A DNA stretch of 64,000 bases from an uncultured Gammaproteobacteria bacterium (lineage in GTDB: Bacteria; Patescibacteriota; Patescibacteriia; Magasanikbacterales; GWA2-37-8), in assembly GCA_964355175.1 (NCBI GenBank), contig CAYHBZ010000001.1:368523-432522 (forward strand), read 5' to 3'. Position 1 is the stretch's first letter, and every line of letters begins with the position of its first letter. Shown here piece by piece: positions 37,359 through 47,519 of this stretch. Made by a program: the position numbers and the translations under genes. The notes beneath the pieces were generated by a model. The model was not told the origin of the DNA. It did no database searches and saw only the letters and a list, made by a program, of their open reading frames with translations.

Positions 37359-39140
37359 ATGAATCAAGAAGCTAAAAATAACTTACTAAACGGTGCCAAA
37401 GAGCATTTAGCCGGTATTCAACAAAAAATTACTGATAAAATTACTTACCGCGAAAAACGAGCACGGTCGTCTCAAAGATCTGACGTTACTCTTAGCGACG
37501 CAGTGGCCGAACAGATCCTTACAGCTCACAACCACGAACAGATAGAAAATTTGAAACAACTATACCCTTCCCCCTATTTTACCAGGTGTGATTTTACTAC
37601 CAATGGGGAACAAAAAATGATGTACTTTAGTAAATTTTCTTTTAGTGATGAAAATATTTATTCTTGGATTACACCAGCCGCCGCGCTTCGTTTTGAAAAC
37701 CCCGGAATAGCTTCGTATACTCGCCCGGACGGTATCAGCCACAGTGGAATAATCGATAGAAAAGACAATTACATGATAGTAGATGGAAAAATATTATTTT
37801 TTTCCACCGAAAGCACAAATCACCTGCGTGAATTAATTTATCAAGAAAATTTCACTCAACAAAAAACCGGCTTTATTTTGCCAGAAGTAGTAGAAAGAAT
37901 GGAAAAGAGCCAAGACCAAGTTATTCGCGCTCACCATGACGGACCGTTTATCATTGCCGGGCCAGCCGGATCCGGCAAGACCACACTGGCTCTACACCGC
38001 GTAGCTTATTTGGTTCAGTCTCCAGAAACCACTGAATTCTTTCGACCGGAATCAATCTTGGTTTTAGTCCAAGACAGCGGTAGTAAAAAATATTTTTCTC
38101 AACTACTTCCAGACTTGGGAATTAAAGGCGTGATGATTGTGACTTTCTTTGAGTGGGCACAGATGATCTTAAAATTGAATGACTGTTCTGCTCTAGCAGA
38201 CTATGAAGTTAGCGATAAAGAAAAAATAGAATACGAATATGTTAAATTAAAGGCACTGAAGACAATAGCCGCTATTCCTTATAACAAAAATATTTATAGT
38301 CTTCTGGATAAAGTATACGCCCCTTATTTAAATAACAGCCAAAAGACTACTCTGGCCTGGCAAAAAAATAAAAAACTACTGGACCGTTTTGATATCACCA
38401 TATTATTAATGTGCTATCAAAAACAATACGGCCAATTTAATATCGAAAAAGATTATTACGAACAACTATCCAACGGCCAATATCGCCGTCGCAAAAGCGC
38501 GTTTGAAGCTAAATATAACCTAATAGTAGTAGATGAATTTCAAAATTATTTACCAGAACAGTTAAAAATATTAAATTCTTGCATCAACGAACGACTAAAA
38601 TCTATGGTATACGTCGGGGATTTATCCCAACAAACACAACTTGGCACAGTACGCGATCTGGCAAGTTTAGGATTTGATACGACCCCAGAACGATTGGTAA
38701 AACTGGAAAAAGTTTACCGAAATACTAAAGAAATTCTGAATTACATTAAAAATATTGGGTATAAAATTGAGATACCGGAGCAGATAAAAAACGGAGAACC
38801 GGTAATAGAAGTGAAATTAGATAATATAGAATCCGAGATAGATTTCGTAAAAAAACAAAATAAAGGTAAAAATGAAACTGTCGGCATACTGTCGCGACAT
38901 AAAAATTACTTGGATAAATTCAAAGAAGAATTTAAAAACGATTCTCAAATTTATTGTCTAAATTTTTATGAAGCTCAGGGAGTAGAATTTGATTCAGTAT
39001 TTATCGTAGGACCCACCCATAATGAATCAAACTATGAAGACCTAAACGAAGATCTGGCTAAAGAAATAAAGGCTATAGAAAAAGATCTACTATATGTGGC
39101 TTTAACCAGAGCAATTTCAAAATTATATATCTTCTCCTGA
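37359..39140 (+). CDS. HelD-like RNA-polymerase-associated SF1 ATPase (compact)
   Basis: SPYFTRCDF, YSWITP, GPAGSGKTTLALHRVAYL, DEFQ, QGVEFD and LLYVALTRA. Confidence 0.82.
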   Translation: MNQEAKNNLLNGAKEHLAGIQQKITDKITYREKRARSSQRSDVTLSDAVAEQILTAHNHEQIENLKQLYPSPYFTRCDFTTNGEQKMMYFSKFSFSDENIYSWITPAAALRFENPGIASYTRPDGISHSGIIDRKDNYMIVDGKILFFSTESTNHLRELIYQENFTQQKTGFILPEVVERMEKSQDQVIRAHHDGPFIIAGPAGSGKTTLALHRVAYLVQSPETTEFFRPESILVLVQDSGSKKYFSQLLPDLGIKGVMIVTFFEWAQMILKLNDCSALADYEVSDKEKIEYEYVKLKALKTIAAIPYNKNIYSLLDKVYAPYLNNSQKTTLAWQKNKKLLDRFDITILLMCYQKQYGQFNIEKDYYEQLSNGQYRRRKSAFEAKYNLIVVDEFQNYLPEQLKILNSCINERLKSMVYVGDLSQQTQLGTVRDLASLGFDTTPERLVKLEKVYRNTKEILNYIKNIGYKIEIPEQIKNGEPVIEVKLDNIESEIDFVKKQNKGKNETVGILSRHKNYLDKFKEEFKNDSQIYCLNFYEAQGVEFDSVFIVGPTHNESNYEDLNEDLAKEIKAIEKDLLYVALTRAISKLYIFS

Positions 39141-39152
39141 AGAAAAATTATC

Positions 39153-39190
39153 AAATAAAAAGAGACCGTTTTGGCGGTCTCTTTTTATTT
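39153..39190. terminator. bidirectional terminator
   Basis: AAATAAAAAGAGACCGTT-TT-GGCGGTCTCTTTTTATTT between convergent genes. Confidence 0.85.
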
Positions 39191-39196
39191 GATTGG

Positions 39197-39943
39197 CTAA
39201 GGATTCTCCACTGGCATTACCTGTCCTTTATCCACTATCCAAAAACTTCCACCAGATTCCACCAAATCACCGTTTGGGGCTTTGATGGCAAAGGAAAAAG
39301 TATGTTCACCGATATCGGCTTTCTTAAAGGCCGGCAATAATCTACCGGAAGAAGCGGTCTTCGCACCTGGATTTAAACCAGCGTCAAAAATGCTCATATC
39401 CATAAGCTCTTCATTATCAACAGCCACATCCATATAGTAGACTTGATTCTTATAATCGATGGATTTGCCGTTGGCAATATATACTAAAATATTTTGTTTT
39501 TTACCAATTTCCAATTGATAAGCGTAAGTACGCACACGAATCTTATCAAACCAAGCGCCGTATTGATTTTTATCTCCATCAATTACTTCAAATTTACCCC
39601 ACGGTTCGGAAGTAGCCCCATTTTTACCGGTAATCAAAAAAGAAAAAGAATGCTCACCAATTTGATCATCGGAAAAAGGACCAATTTCTCCACTACAGGT
39701 AGTGACTGTGCCGCAAGTTTTTACCAAAACACCATCCCTTTTTATTTGCGTCTTCTTGATAGTGCTAGCATTGGACAGATTTATACTGACAAAAAATTTA
39801 CCATTTTTCATCACTTGAGGATTGCCGGTTGTAATATTCTGATACTTAGGCGGCACTTTTTTAGGAGCGGCCAAAGCATTTTGTCCAATGAATAAAGTTA
39901 GTACAGCTAATACCCCCAAAATACTTTTCAAATATTTTTTCAT
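39197..39943 (-). CDS. secreted hypothetical protein with two related beta-rich (Ig-like) modules
   Basis: Signal peptide; repeated motif (DQ/AD)IGEH(S/T)FSF.I...NG. Confidence 0.7.
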   Translation of the reverse strand: MKKYLKSILGVLAVLTLFIGQNALAAPKKVPPKYQNITTGNPQVMKNGKFFVSINLSNASTIKKTQIKRDGVLVKTCGTVTTCSGEIGPFSDDQIGEHSFSFLITGKNGATSEPWGKFEVIDGDKNQYGAWFDKIRVRTYAYQLEIGKKQNILVYIANGKSIDYKNQVYYMDVAVDNEELMDMSIFDAGLNPGAKTASSGRLLPAFKKADIGEHTFSFAIKAPNGDLVESGGSFWIVDKGQVMPVENP

Positions 39944-39953
39944 ATTAATAAAA

Positions 39954-40340
39954 TTATCTTTTCATCGCTTTAGTTGCCTTCTTCATTTTCCTGGCTGTTT
40001 CTTCTACCGCTTTGGCGACTGCTTCTTTGGCGCTGTTATTAAATTTCTCCGAACTGTCATCAAGCCAATCGGCGGCCTTTTTGGTGATTATTTTTTTGGC
40101 CAATCCGCCGGCACCACCGCTGAACAAAGTCATAATATTGGACAGCGACTCTACCTTGGAGCGAATATGATTCACGGTATCCAACAGAGTCTGTAATCGC
40201 ACACGGAATTCTTCTGTAATCTCATTGGCATTGCGCAACAAACGCATGAGATAATAAAACATCCAGCAAATGAAAAAAGTGACCCACAATACACAAAATG
40301 AAATCACCAAAAATAAAATATCTTTTGAATTTGCAAACAT
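39954..40340 (-). CDS. small membrane-anchored coiled-coil protein
   Basis: N-terminal TM followed by a heptad-like helical region. Confidence 0.75.
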   Translation of the reverse strand: MFANSKDILFLVISFCVLWVTFFICWMFYYLMRLLRNANEITEEFRVRLQTLLDTVNHIRSKVESLSNIMTLFSGGAGGLAKKIITKKAADWLDDSSEKFNNSAKEAVAKAVEETARKMKKATKAMKR

Positions 40341-40393
40341 ATTTCCCTCTTTTAAAAATTACCTTTATATTATACCACAAAATTGTAAAAAAT

Positions 40394-40423
40394 AAAAAAA
40401 TCCCCGACCGTAACCGGGGATTT
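40394..40423 (-). terminator. pheT terminator
   Basis: Minus strand AAATCCCCGGT-TACG-GTCGGGGATTTTTTT. Confidence 0.8.
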
Positions 40424-40428
40424 ATTGC

Positions 40429-42903
40429 CTATCTTACTTCCGCGTTAAATTCTTTTTTTAGTTCTTCTTGCGCTTTTTTTACAGCGTTTTCTATTTCTTC
40501 TGTGGTGAGCGTGCGATCACTGTGCGCGTAAGTGAGGCGATAGGCCATACTCTTATAGCCTTCGCCAATTTTGTTTCCCTCGTAAACATCGAATAGTTCT
40601 ATATTTTTTAGCAGAGCATTGGTTTTTTTCAATGCTTTCAAAATATCAGCGTGGGTAAATTCTTTTTTTACCAAAAAGCCGAGATCGCGGGTCACTGCTG
40701 GATACACGGAAGCGGTGTGATAATTTGTCTTATCACCTTGTCTAGACAGCATTTCTACCAATATTGACAAATTCAACTGCAACACACCGACGCGCTGTTC
40801 AATACCCAAATTCTGAGCTATCAGTGGGCTAATTTCACATACTACACCAAGCACTTCGCCATGCGCCCGAACCAAAGCTAATCTGGCCGGATGTTCCCAA
40901 GGTTGTACCATATCGGCTGGCACAATTTCAAAATCGGTTTTAAGCGCGGCAAAAATATTTTCCAAAGCGCGGCGGGCCTGCCAAAATGGCGTGGCTTCTT
41001 TTTTCCCAGCATATACCGCGGCCACCCAAGTATCTTGTTTTGGCAACAAACTATCACCGTTGCTATCCAGACGCAAACCGCTTTGTTTGGTAGAAAAAAC
41101 TTTTCCAATTTCAAAAATTTTTACTTCCGAATAATTTTCAATATTATTTTTTACATTCTCCAACAAATTTGGCAATAAATTGCGACGCAAAAACGGACGC
41201 TCTTTGGAGAGTGGATTATCCAATTCCAAATATTTTTTCAGATCATCCCCCATTTTTATCACCTGAGCGTCACTGACAAAAGAATAATTATACACTTCAT
41301 TATATCCCAAACTTTTTACCAAAGTCTCAGCGACATTTCTTTCCAAATCACGCAAAGCATTTTTCTCCGGCGGATTAATTGAAAAAGACGGTAAGCTTGA
41401 AGGAATATTTTCATAACCAAAAAATCTAGCCACTTCTTCCACAATATCTTCGGAAATGGAAATATCTTTGGTAGCACGCCAGGTTGGAATCGTTACCAGC
41501 AAACTCTTTTTCTTGGTTTTCACTTCAAAACCCAAACGCGTCAAAATATTTAAAATATCTTTCTGCGGAATTTCCGTGCCTAATTTTTTAGCAAAAATTT
41601 CATTTGGCAATTCTATTGGCCCGACCGAAAGGTGAAATTTCTTTTCATCCACTACTTTGCTGGCGACCTTGGCGTCCGGACAAAATTCCAATGCCAATTC
41701 CACGGCTTTAAGCAATGCCACTTCACAGAGATTTGGATCCAAACTCTTTTCAAAACGCATGGCCGAATCGGTACGCAAACCCAAACGAGTAGAAGTTTTA
41801 CGCACAGCTGAAGCATTGAAATTGGCTGATTCAAAAATTACCGTAGTAGTGTCGTCGTAAGTACCGCTCTCCAGACCACCTTTTACACCCGCGATGCCTA
41901 GAGATTTATTTTCAGCGACAATCATGAGATCGTTTTCCGACAAAACATATTCAGCTTCGTCCAAAGCCACAAATTTTTCCCCTTCTTTGGCACTACGCAC
42001 GCCGATATTATGACCGACTTTAGCCGCGTCAAAAGCATGCATTGGCTGGCCAAGTTCCAACATTATATAATTGGTAATATCCACGATATTATTAATCGGG
42101 TTGGACCCCACGGCCAACAATTTTTCTTGAAGCCATTTTGGCGACGGACCAACTTTTATACCCGATACGGCCACTGCCATATAGCGTGGACAAAGTTTAA
42201 AATTCTCCACTTCCACTTTTAATTTAAAATCTTTACCTGGTTTTATTTTTGGTGTTTCGTATTTTTTTAAATCACGATTAAATAGCACGGCCACTTCACG
42301 GGCAATACCATAATGACCCCAGAGATCCGGGCGATTGGAAAGAGATTTGTTATCTATTTCCAAAATTGTATCATTGAGACCAAGTACTTGGGACAATGGA
42401 AGACCGATAAGATTCCTCGTTTCACTCGGAATGACGGCGCCACTTGCAATGACAGCGGTGAGATCCAAAATTTCTTTTTCTTCTTTGGACGTAAACATTT
42501 CTCCCAAACCAATTTCATCCGCCGCACAGATCATACCAAAAGATTCCTCACCGCGAATTTTGGTAGGTACCAATTCAATCAATTCCCCTTCTCCATGCCA
42601 CTGCACTTTGGCTCCGACTTGGGCAATCGCGGCCAGCATTCCCTCTGCCACATTACTGCCACCACAGACTATCTGTAATTCTTCCGAACCCACATCCACG
42701 CGGCATAATTTTAATTTATCGGCATTAGGATGCTTAGTAGCGGAAACAACTTTACCAACTACCACATTATTCAAAAGCTCACCTTGTTTTTTTATACCTT
42801 CCACTTCTACCGTAGTGGCTTTCAAGCGAGCGGCCACTTCTTCCACGGTAATAGTATCGGACAAATTCACGAATTTTTTTAACCAATTATAGGAAATTAA
42901 CAT
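40429..42903 (-). CDS. pheT: phenylalanine--tRNA ligase beta subunit
   Basis: Likely start MLISYNWLK at 42903; HPNADKL, NRPDL, NNIVDITNY...GQPMHAFD and a C-terminal FDX-ACB domain. Confidence 0.98.
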   Translation of the reverse strand: MLISYNWLKKFVNLSDTITVEEVAARLKATTVEVEGIKKQGELLNNVVVGKVVSATKHPNADKLKLCRVDVGSEELQIVCGGSNVAEGMLAAIAQVGAKVQWHGEGELIELVPTKIRGEESFGMICAADEIGLGEMFTSKEEKEILDLTAVIASGAVIPSETRNLIGLPLSQVLGLNDTILEIDNKSLSNRPDLWGHYGIAREVAVLFNRDLKKYETPKIKPGKDFKLKVEVENFKLCPRYMAVAVSGIKVGPSPKWLQEKLLAVGSNPINNIVDITNYIMLELGQPMHAFDAAKVGHNIGVRSAKEGEKFVALDEAEYVLSENDLMIVAENKSLGIAGVKGGLESGTYDDTTTVIFESANFNASAVRKTSTRLGLRTDSAMRFEKSLDPNLCEVALLKAVELALEFCPDAKVASKVVDEKKFHLSVGPIELPNEIFAKKLGTEIPQKDILNILTRLGFEVKTKKKSLLVTIPTWRATKDISISEDIVEEVARFFGYENIPSSLPSFSINPPEKNALRDLERNVAETLVKSLGYNEVYNYSFVSDAQVIKMGDDLKKYLELDNPLSKERPFLRRNLLPNLLENVKNNIENYSEVKIFEIGKVFSTKQSGLRLDSNGDSLLPKQDTWVAAVYAGKKEATPFWQARRALENIFAALKTDFEIVPADMVQPWEHPARLALVRAHGEVLGVVCEISPLIAQNLGIEQRVGVLQLNLSILVEMLSRQGDKTNYHTASVYPAVTRDLGFLVKKEFTHADILKALKKTNALLKNIELFDVYEGNKIGEGYKSMAYRLTYAHSDRTLTTEEIENAVKKAQEELKKEFNAEVR
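42409..42454. repeat. palindromic repeat inserted in frame within pheT
   Basis: 42409..42435 is identical to 8472..8498 (27 nt). The region encodes VIASGAVIPSETRNL. Confidence 0.8.
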
Positions 42904-42914
42904 AATATTTTTAT

Positions 42915-42981
42915 TGTCATTCCCGTGAAAACGGGAATCTATTACTTCAAACACTTGATTCCCGCTTTCGCGGGAATGACA
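42915..42981. repeat. dRS3/RPE-like palindromic element between pheS and pheT
   Basis: TGTCATTCCCGTGAAAACGGGAATCT...GATTCCCGCTTTCGCGGGAATGACA: two inverted ATTCCC-N8-GGGAAT units. Confidence 0.85.
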
Positions 42982-42982
42982 G

Positions 42983-44014
42983 TTAGAACTGTTTTAGAAA
43001 TTTTAAATCACCGCTTTCGAGATGGCGGATGTCTTCAATGCCATACTTCAACATAGCTAAGCGTGTAAGCCCCAATCCAAAAGCAAACCCCTGATATTTA
43101 TTAGGATCTACTTTCCCTTCCTTTAAAACATTGGGATGAATCATGCCGGCGCCAAAAATTTCTAACCAACCGGTATTTTTACAAACTCTACAGCCTTTGC
43201 CTTTGCAAATAAAACAAGTTACTTCCCCATTTACACCCGGCTCTACAAATGGATAATATTTTGGACGCAAACGCACTTGCGTATCGACGCCGTACAAATG
43301 TTTAGCGACCGCCTCAAGCACGCCCTTCATGTGAGCAAAAGTAATATTTTCATCAATCACAAAACCTTCCAATTGATAAAAAGTGTGTTCGTGGCGCGGG
43401 TCGGTAGCTTCGTTTCTATAACATTTACCTGGCACAATCGCGCGTAGTGGCGCCCCCTGCTTAAGCATAGAGCGTACCTGCATCGAAGAAGTGTGCGTAC
43501 GCATCACCATACCAGGATGATTTTTGATATAAAAAGTATCCTGCATATCACGCGCCGGATGATTCTCAGGCACATTCACTGCGGAAAAATTAAAATAATC
43601 ACTTTCCAACTCCGGACCATCAAGCACCATAAAACCCATGGAAACAAAAAAATCTTCCAAGTCTTTTTGGATAATAGTGTTCGGATGAAAAGTGCCTGGT
43701 TCAATATGTGGTAAAGCAGGCTGAGTAATATCCACCCGCTCTTTTTCTACCGCTTTGTTCCAATCCGCATTCATTAATTCATTTTTCTTTATTTCAAACG
43801 CCGCTTCAATATCTTTTTTTACTTCATTGGCTATCACACCCACTACTTTACGAGCCTCATCGGTGAGATCTTTGAGCCCTTTCATCAAATTAGTAAGCTC
43901 CCCGCTTTTGCGACCAAGAAATTTATTTTCCAAATCTTCGAGCTGGATTTTATCACTCACGGATTTGATGGCAAGCAAGGCTTCAGTTTTGAGTTGTTCA
44001 AATTTTGATTGCAT
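42983..44014 (-). CDS. pheS: phenylalanine--tRNA ligase alpha subunit
   Basis: HPARDMQDTFY, RTHTS, YYPFVEP and GFAFGLGLTRLAM. Confidence 0.99.
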   Translation of the reverse strand: MQSKFEQLKTEALLAIKSVSDKIQLEDLENKFLGRKSGELTNLMKGLKDLTDEARKVVGVIANEVKKDIEAAFEIKKNELMNADWNKAVEKERVDITQPALPHIEPGTFHPNTIIQKDLEDFFVSMGFMVLDGPELESDYFNFSAVNVPENHPARDMQDTFYIKNHPGMVMRTHTSSMQVRSMLKQGAPLRAIVPGKCYRNEATDPRHEHTFYQLEGFVIDENITFAHMKGVLEAVAKHLYGVDTQVRLRPKYYPFVEPGVNGEVTCFICKGKGCRVCKNTGWLEIFGAGMIHPNVLKEGKVDPNKYQGFAFGLGLTRLAMLKYGIEDIRHLESGDLKFLKQF

Positions 44015-44021
44015 ATTATTT

Positions 44022-44789
44022 TTATTCAGATTCTTTTTCTTTTGGTTTGTCTATTTTAACAACGCTATTTTTATCATCATGTTCTATAAAAATAATTTTT
44101 ACTCCACATTTTTTTTCTAATCCAGCAAACATATCCATTTTTTCCTCAGCACCGTGAGCAATTTTACCCACATACTCTATGCTTGCATGACCGCCTGGCA
44201 AAAGCTTACTAGCCACGGCATTAAAATATTTGGCAGCATCATCCAAAGTAGCACCCTTTTTAAAAGACAGACTATACAGGGCTTCTCCAGCAGTATCAAT
44301 CATTAAATCAAATTCTGGAAAATCATGGAGTTCCAAAACCGAACGCCATTTTAAATCATTTTTATTTAATTTTATGGATTCGCCTACTCTCTCCATCTCT
44401 TTTTTTACAGCTTTCTTTTTTAAACCAGTGGTAAACACTTCTACTTTATCTCCAAATGATTCCCTTATTTGTTTAGCGAACATGCCGATACCGCCACCTA
44501 TGTCTAAAATTTTAATTTTTCTATTAGGATTTTCTTCAATTAATCTCGGTATAGTTTCATTTATAAAACTTTCTTCATGACGACCAGCAATACTATCAGG
44601 AATTTCATCGCTCTCAACTCTATAGACCCTATAATTAAACGGCTTGTCCAATGGCGTATCCCCTGAAGCTGGCTCATTTTTGGCCGCAAAAACCTTCCAA
44701 CTTTCTACAGCCTTATCTTTTTCTTCTGTACTCAAAAAAGCCTCTCCTTTTCTCACTGCTTTTGGAATATATCTTTCACCTTCTCCCAT
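44022..44789 (-). CDS. divergent SAM-dependent methyltransferase-like protein
   Basis: ILDIGGGIG, FDLMID and LLPGG motifs; AT-rich. Confidence 0.7.
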   Translation of the reverse strand: MGEGERYIPKAVRKGEAFLSTEEKDKAVESWKVFAAKNEPASGDTPLDKPFNYRVYRVESDEIPDSIAGRHEESFINETIPRLIEENPNRKIKILDIGGGIGMFAKQIRESFGDKVEVFTTGLKKKAVKKEMERVGESIKLNKNDLKWRSVLELHDFPEFDLMIDTAGEALYSLSFKKGATLDDAAKYFNAVASKLLPGGHASIEYVGKIAHGAEEKMDMFAGLEKKCGVKIIFIEHDDKNSVVKIDKPKEKESE

Positions 44790-44790
44790 A

Positions 44791-45963
44791 TTACAACAGA
44801 TTTTTTATAAAACTCCAGATCACTACTCTAAAATTGGCAAGATCGCGGATAGTTACTACTATTATTAGCAACATCAATAGCGCAAATCCAACCGTATGAA
44901 AAATTTGTTCTAATTTTTGAGAAACGGCTTTACCGCGTAATTTAGCAATTATTAAAAATAATTGGCGGCCACCATCGAGTGCTGGGATTGGCAAAATATT
45001 AAATATCGCTAAATTTAGGGACAACATTGCCGCAAATTGTATCAAATAAATCCAGCCGAGCTTGGCGACCTGTCCAGTCATCACTGCCACTCCCACCGGG
45101 CCAGAGACAGCTTCACCCACACCATTGCCGGTAAACAATCCTTTGAGTAATAGATAGAAAGCTATAAGAATTTCTTTGAGATACCATAGAGTAGTTTTGG
45201 CACCTTCCCAAATAGCGGAAAAAAATGGATAGCGTACTGTACCAATTTCGGCGATGGCAATACCAAGACCACCTTTGCCGGTATCATTATATACCATTGG
45301 TTGAATTTTTTTCTCAATTATTTGATCATTTCTTTTTACCCGCAAAAGCAGTTGTTCATTTTTATGATCATTCACATATTCCTGCATTTGTTTCAGGCGT
45401 GGATTTTGCAAATCACCTATTTGCACCACCACATCACCGGCCAAAATTCCGGCCGCTTCGGCTGGCTTACCGGGTAGAGTTTGCAAAATTTCAATACGAC
45501 GATCGCTCACATGCGATACATCAGTCATATTATCCACATTTTGTGGTAGACCAACCAAGTATCCGGTAGTAAGCAGGACAAAAGCCAAAATGACATTCAT
45601 CATCACACCAGCACAGAGCACCAAAGATTTTTGCCAAAACTTTTTGCTGGCAAAACTATCCGGATCATTGGCTTCTTCCCCATTCTCACCTTTTATTTTT
45701 ACAAAACCACCAAGCGGCAACCAATTCAAAGAATAGACTGTCCCATATTCTTCGTCCTTTTCATCCAAATCACGATTGCCCCAGACCAAGCGCCACTGTT
45801 TTTTATTATTTTTTTTGAATTGAATACCCAAAAATCTCGGCGGAAAACCAAACCCAAATTCATATACTCCCATGCCGGTTTTTTTGGCAAAAATAAAATG
45901 GCCAAACTCGTGCGATACTACCAAAATGGCTAAGACTGCAAGAAAATATAATATAGAAGCCAT
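44791..45963 (-). CDS. rseP: RIP metalloprotease RseP (M50, PDZ)
   Basis: HEFGH, LPLGGFVKI, a PDZ domain, SGPVG and NILPIPALDGG. Confidence 0.96.
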   Translation of the reverse strand: MASILYFLAVLAILVVSHEFGHFIFAKKTGMGVYEFGFGFPPRFLGIQFKKNNKKQWRLVWGNRDLDEKDEEYGTVYSLNWLPLGGFVKIKGENGEEANDPDSFASKKFWQKSLVLCAGVMMNVILAFVLLTTGYLVGLPQNVDNMTDVSHVSDRRIEILQTLPGKPAEAAGILAGDVVVQIGDLQNPRLKQMQEYVNDHKNEQLLLRVKRNDQIIEKKIQPMVYNDTGKGGLGIAIAEIGTVRYPFFSAIWEGAKTTLWYLKEILIAFYLLLKGLFTGNGVGEAVSGPVGVAVMTGQVAKLGWIYLIQFAAMLSLNLAIFNILPIPALDGGRQLFLIIAKLRGKAVSQKLEQIFHTVGFALLMLLIIVVTIRDLANFRVVIWSFIKNLL

Positions 45964-46042
45964 AGGGCTTGATTTGATTAGATAAAAAAGCTAAAATACA
46001 TTCACAAAGCCGTATAAGGCTTAATGAAATAACTGTATATTT

Positions 46043-46600
46043 ATGAACCTATTTTATATTATTCTAGCGGTTCTGGCAATAGTAATCCTTTGGGTCATTG
46101 CCACCTTTAATGGCTTAATCCGCACAAAAAATCGTGTAGATGAAGCCTTTAGTGATATCGACGTCCAGCTCAAACGCCGCTATGATCTGATCCCAAATCT
46201 GGTGGAAACCGTAAAAGGCTATATGACCCACGAGCGTGAGACCTTGGTAAAATTGACCGAAGCTCGTACTGCGGCCATGGCTCAACAAAGCGGATCGCTG
46301 GCCGAGCGTGAACAAGCTGAAAACGCCCTATCCTCCACTCTAAAATCTTTATTTGCTGTCACTGAAAACTATCCAGACCTTAAAGCTAGCCAAAATTTCA
46401 TGCAATTGCAGGATGAAATTTCCGACACAGAAAATAAAATCCAAGCCAGTCGCCGTTTTTATAACAGCAATGTCCGTGATTTCAATACCGCAATCCAGAC
46501 TTTCCCACAGAATACAATTGCCAATCTGCTCAATTTTCATAAATATGAATTCTTCCAAGCCGCTGAAAATGAGCGCCAAAATGTGCAAGTGAAATTTTAA
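46043..46600 (+). CDS. lemA: LemA family protein
   Basis: IDVQLKRRYDLIPNLVETVKGY...ENYPDLKAS. Confidence 0.97.
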   Translation: MNLFYIILAVLAIVILWVIATFNGLIRTKNRVDEAFSDIDVQLKRRYDLIPNLVETVKGYMTHERETLVKLTEARTAAMAQQSGSLAEREQAENALSSTLKSLFAVTENYPDLKASQNFMQLQDEISDTENKIQASRRFYNSNVRDFNTAIQTFPQNTIANLLNFHKYEFFQAAENERQNVQVKF

Positions 46601-46611
46601 ACCCACCAACA

Positions 46612-47496
46612 ATGTATAATCAAATAGACGCTAACAAGCGTAAATCAGTTTTCCTTTTAATTTTCGCCACTGCCCTCGTGCTCGCCCTGGGATATGTTTT
46701 TGATCGCGCCTATGGCGGCGATGGGTATGGCGGACTATTTATTGGGATTATCATTTCACTGATTAGCACTTCAGTATCATATTTCCACGGAGATAAAATT
46801 GCCCTCTCGGTATCGGGCGCGCAACCAATTTCCAAGGAAGAAAATCGTTATATATATAATATGGTAGAAAATCTGTGCATCAGCGCCGGATTACCCACAC
46901 CAAAAGTATATATAATGAACGATCCGTCCATCAATGCTTTTGCCACTGGACGCAAACCGGAGTTGGCCTCTATCGCTATCACTACCGGTGCGATAGAAAA
47001 ACTGAAAAATGAAGAACTCGAAGGCGTAATCGCCCATGAACTTTCTCATGTACAAAATTACGACATCCGCTTTATGATGCTCGTGGCTGTGGTGGTAGGA
47101 TCTATCTCTATCATGGCAAATATGTTTTTACATGGCGGACTGTTTCGTCGTCATAGCAATAACCGCGAAGGCGGCAATGCTTTGGCCATATTCGCAATTA
47201 TTGGCGTGGTGCTAGCAATACTATCTCCTATCATCGCCCAACTAATCAAATTGGCAGTATCGCGTAAACGCGAATACCTAGCTGATGCTTCAGGCGCTTT
47301 GCTGACCCGCTATCCGGCGGGGTTGGCCTCGGCGCTAGAAAAAATTCAAGCCGAGCATATACCGCTGCAGAATGCGGTACCGTCCACGGCTCATCTGTTC
47401 TTCTCCAATCCCTTTACCGGGAAAAATCTCGCTGGATTATTCTCCACTCATCCGCCAATTGAGGATAGAATAAAAAAATTAAAAGAAATGGCTTAA
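46612..47496 (+). CDS. htpX: M48 zinc metalloprotease HtpX
   Basis: NAFATG, AHELSH, SRKREYLADA and FSTHPP. Confidence 0.96.
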   Translation: MYNQIDANKRKSVFLLIFATALVLALGYVFDRAYGGDGYGGLFIGIIISLISTSVSYFHGDKIALSVSGAQPISKEENRYIYNMVENLCISAGLPTPKVYIMNDPSINAFATGRKPELASIAITTGAIEKLKNEELEGVIAHELSHVQNYDIRFMMLVAVVVGSISIMANMFLHGGLFRRHSNNREGGNALAIFAIIGVVLAILSPIIAQLIKLAVSRKREYLADASGALLTRYPAGLASALEKIQAEHIPLQNAVPSTAHLFFSNPFTGKNLAGLFSTHPPIEDRIKKLKEMA

Positions 47497-47519
47497 ATTT
47501 TAAATATAAATATTAAAAA

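Noticed and set aside
42904-42954. pheT N-terminal extension MFEVIDSRFHGNDNKNI
   Set aside because: It is a read-through of the palindromic repeat. The canonical PheT start MLISYNWL is at 42903.
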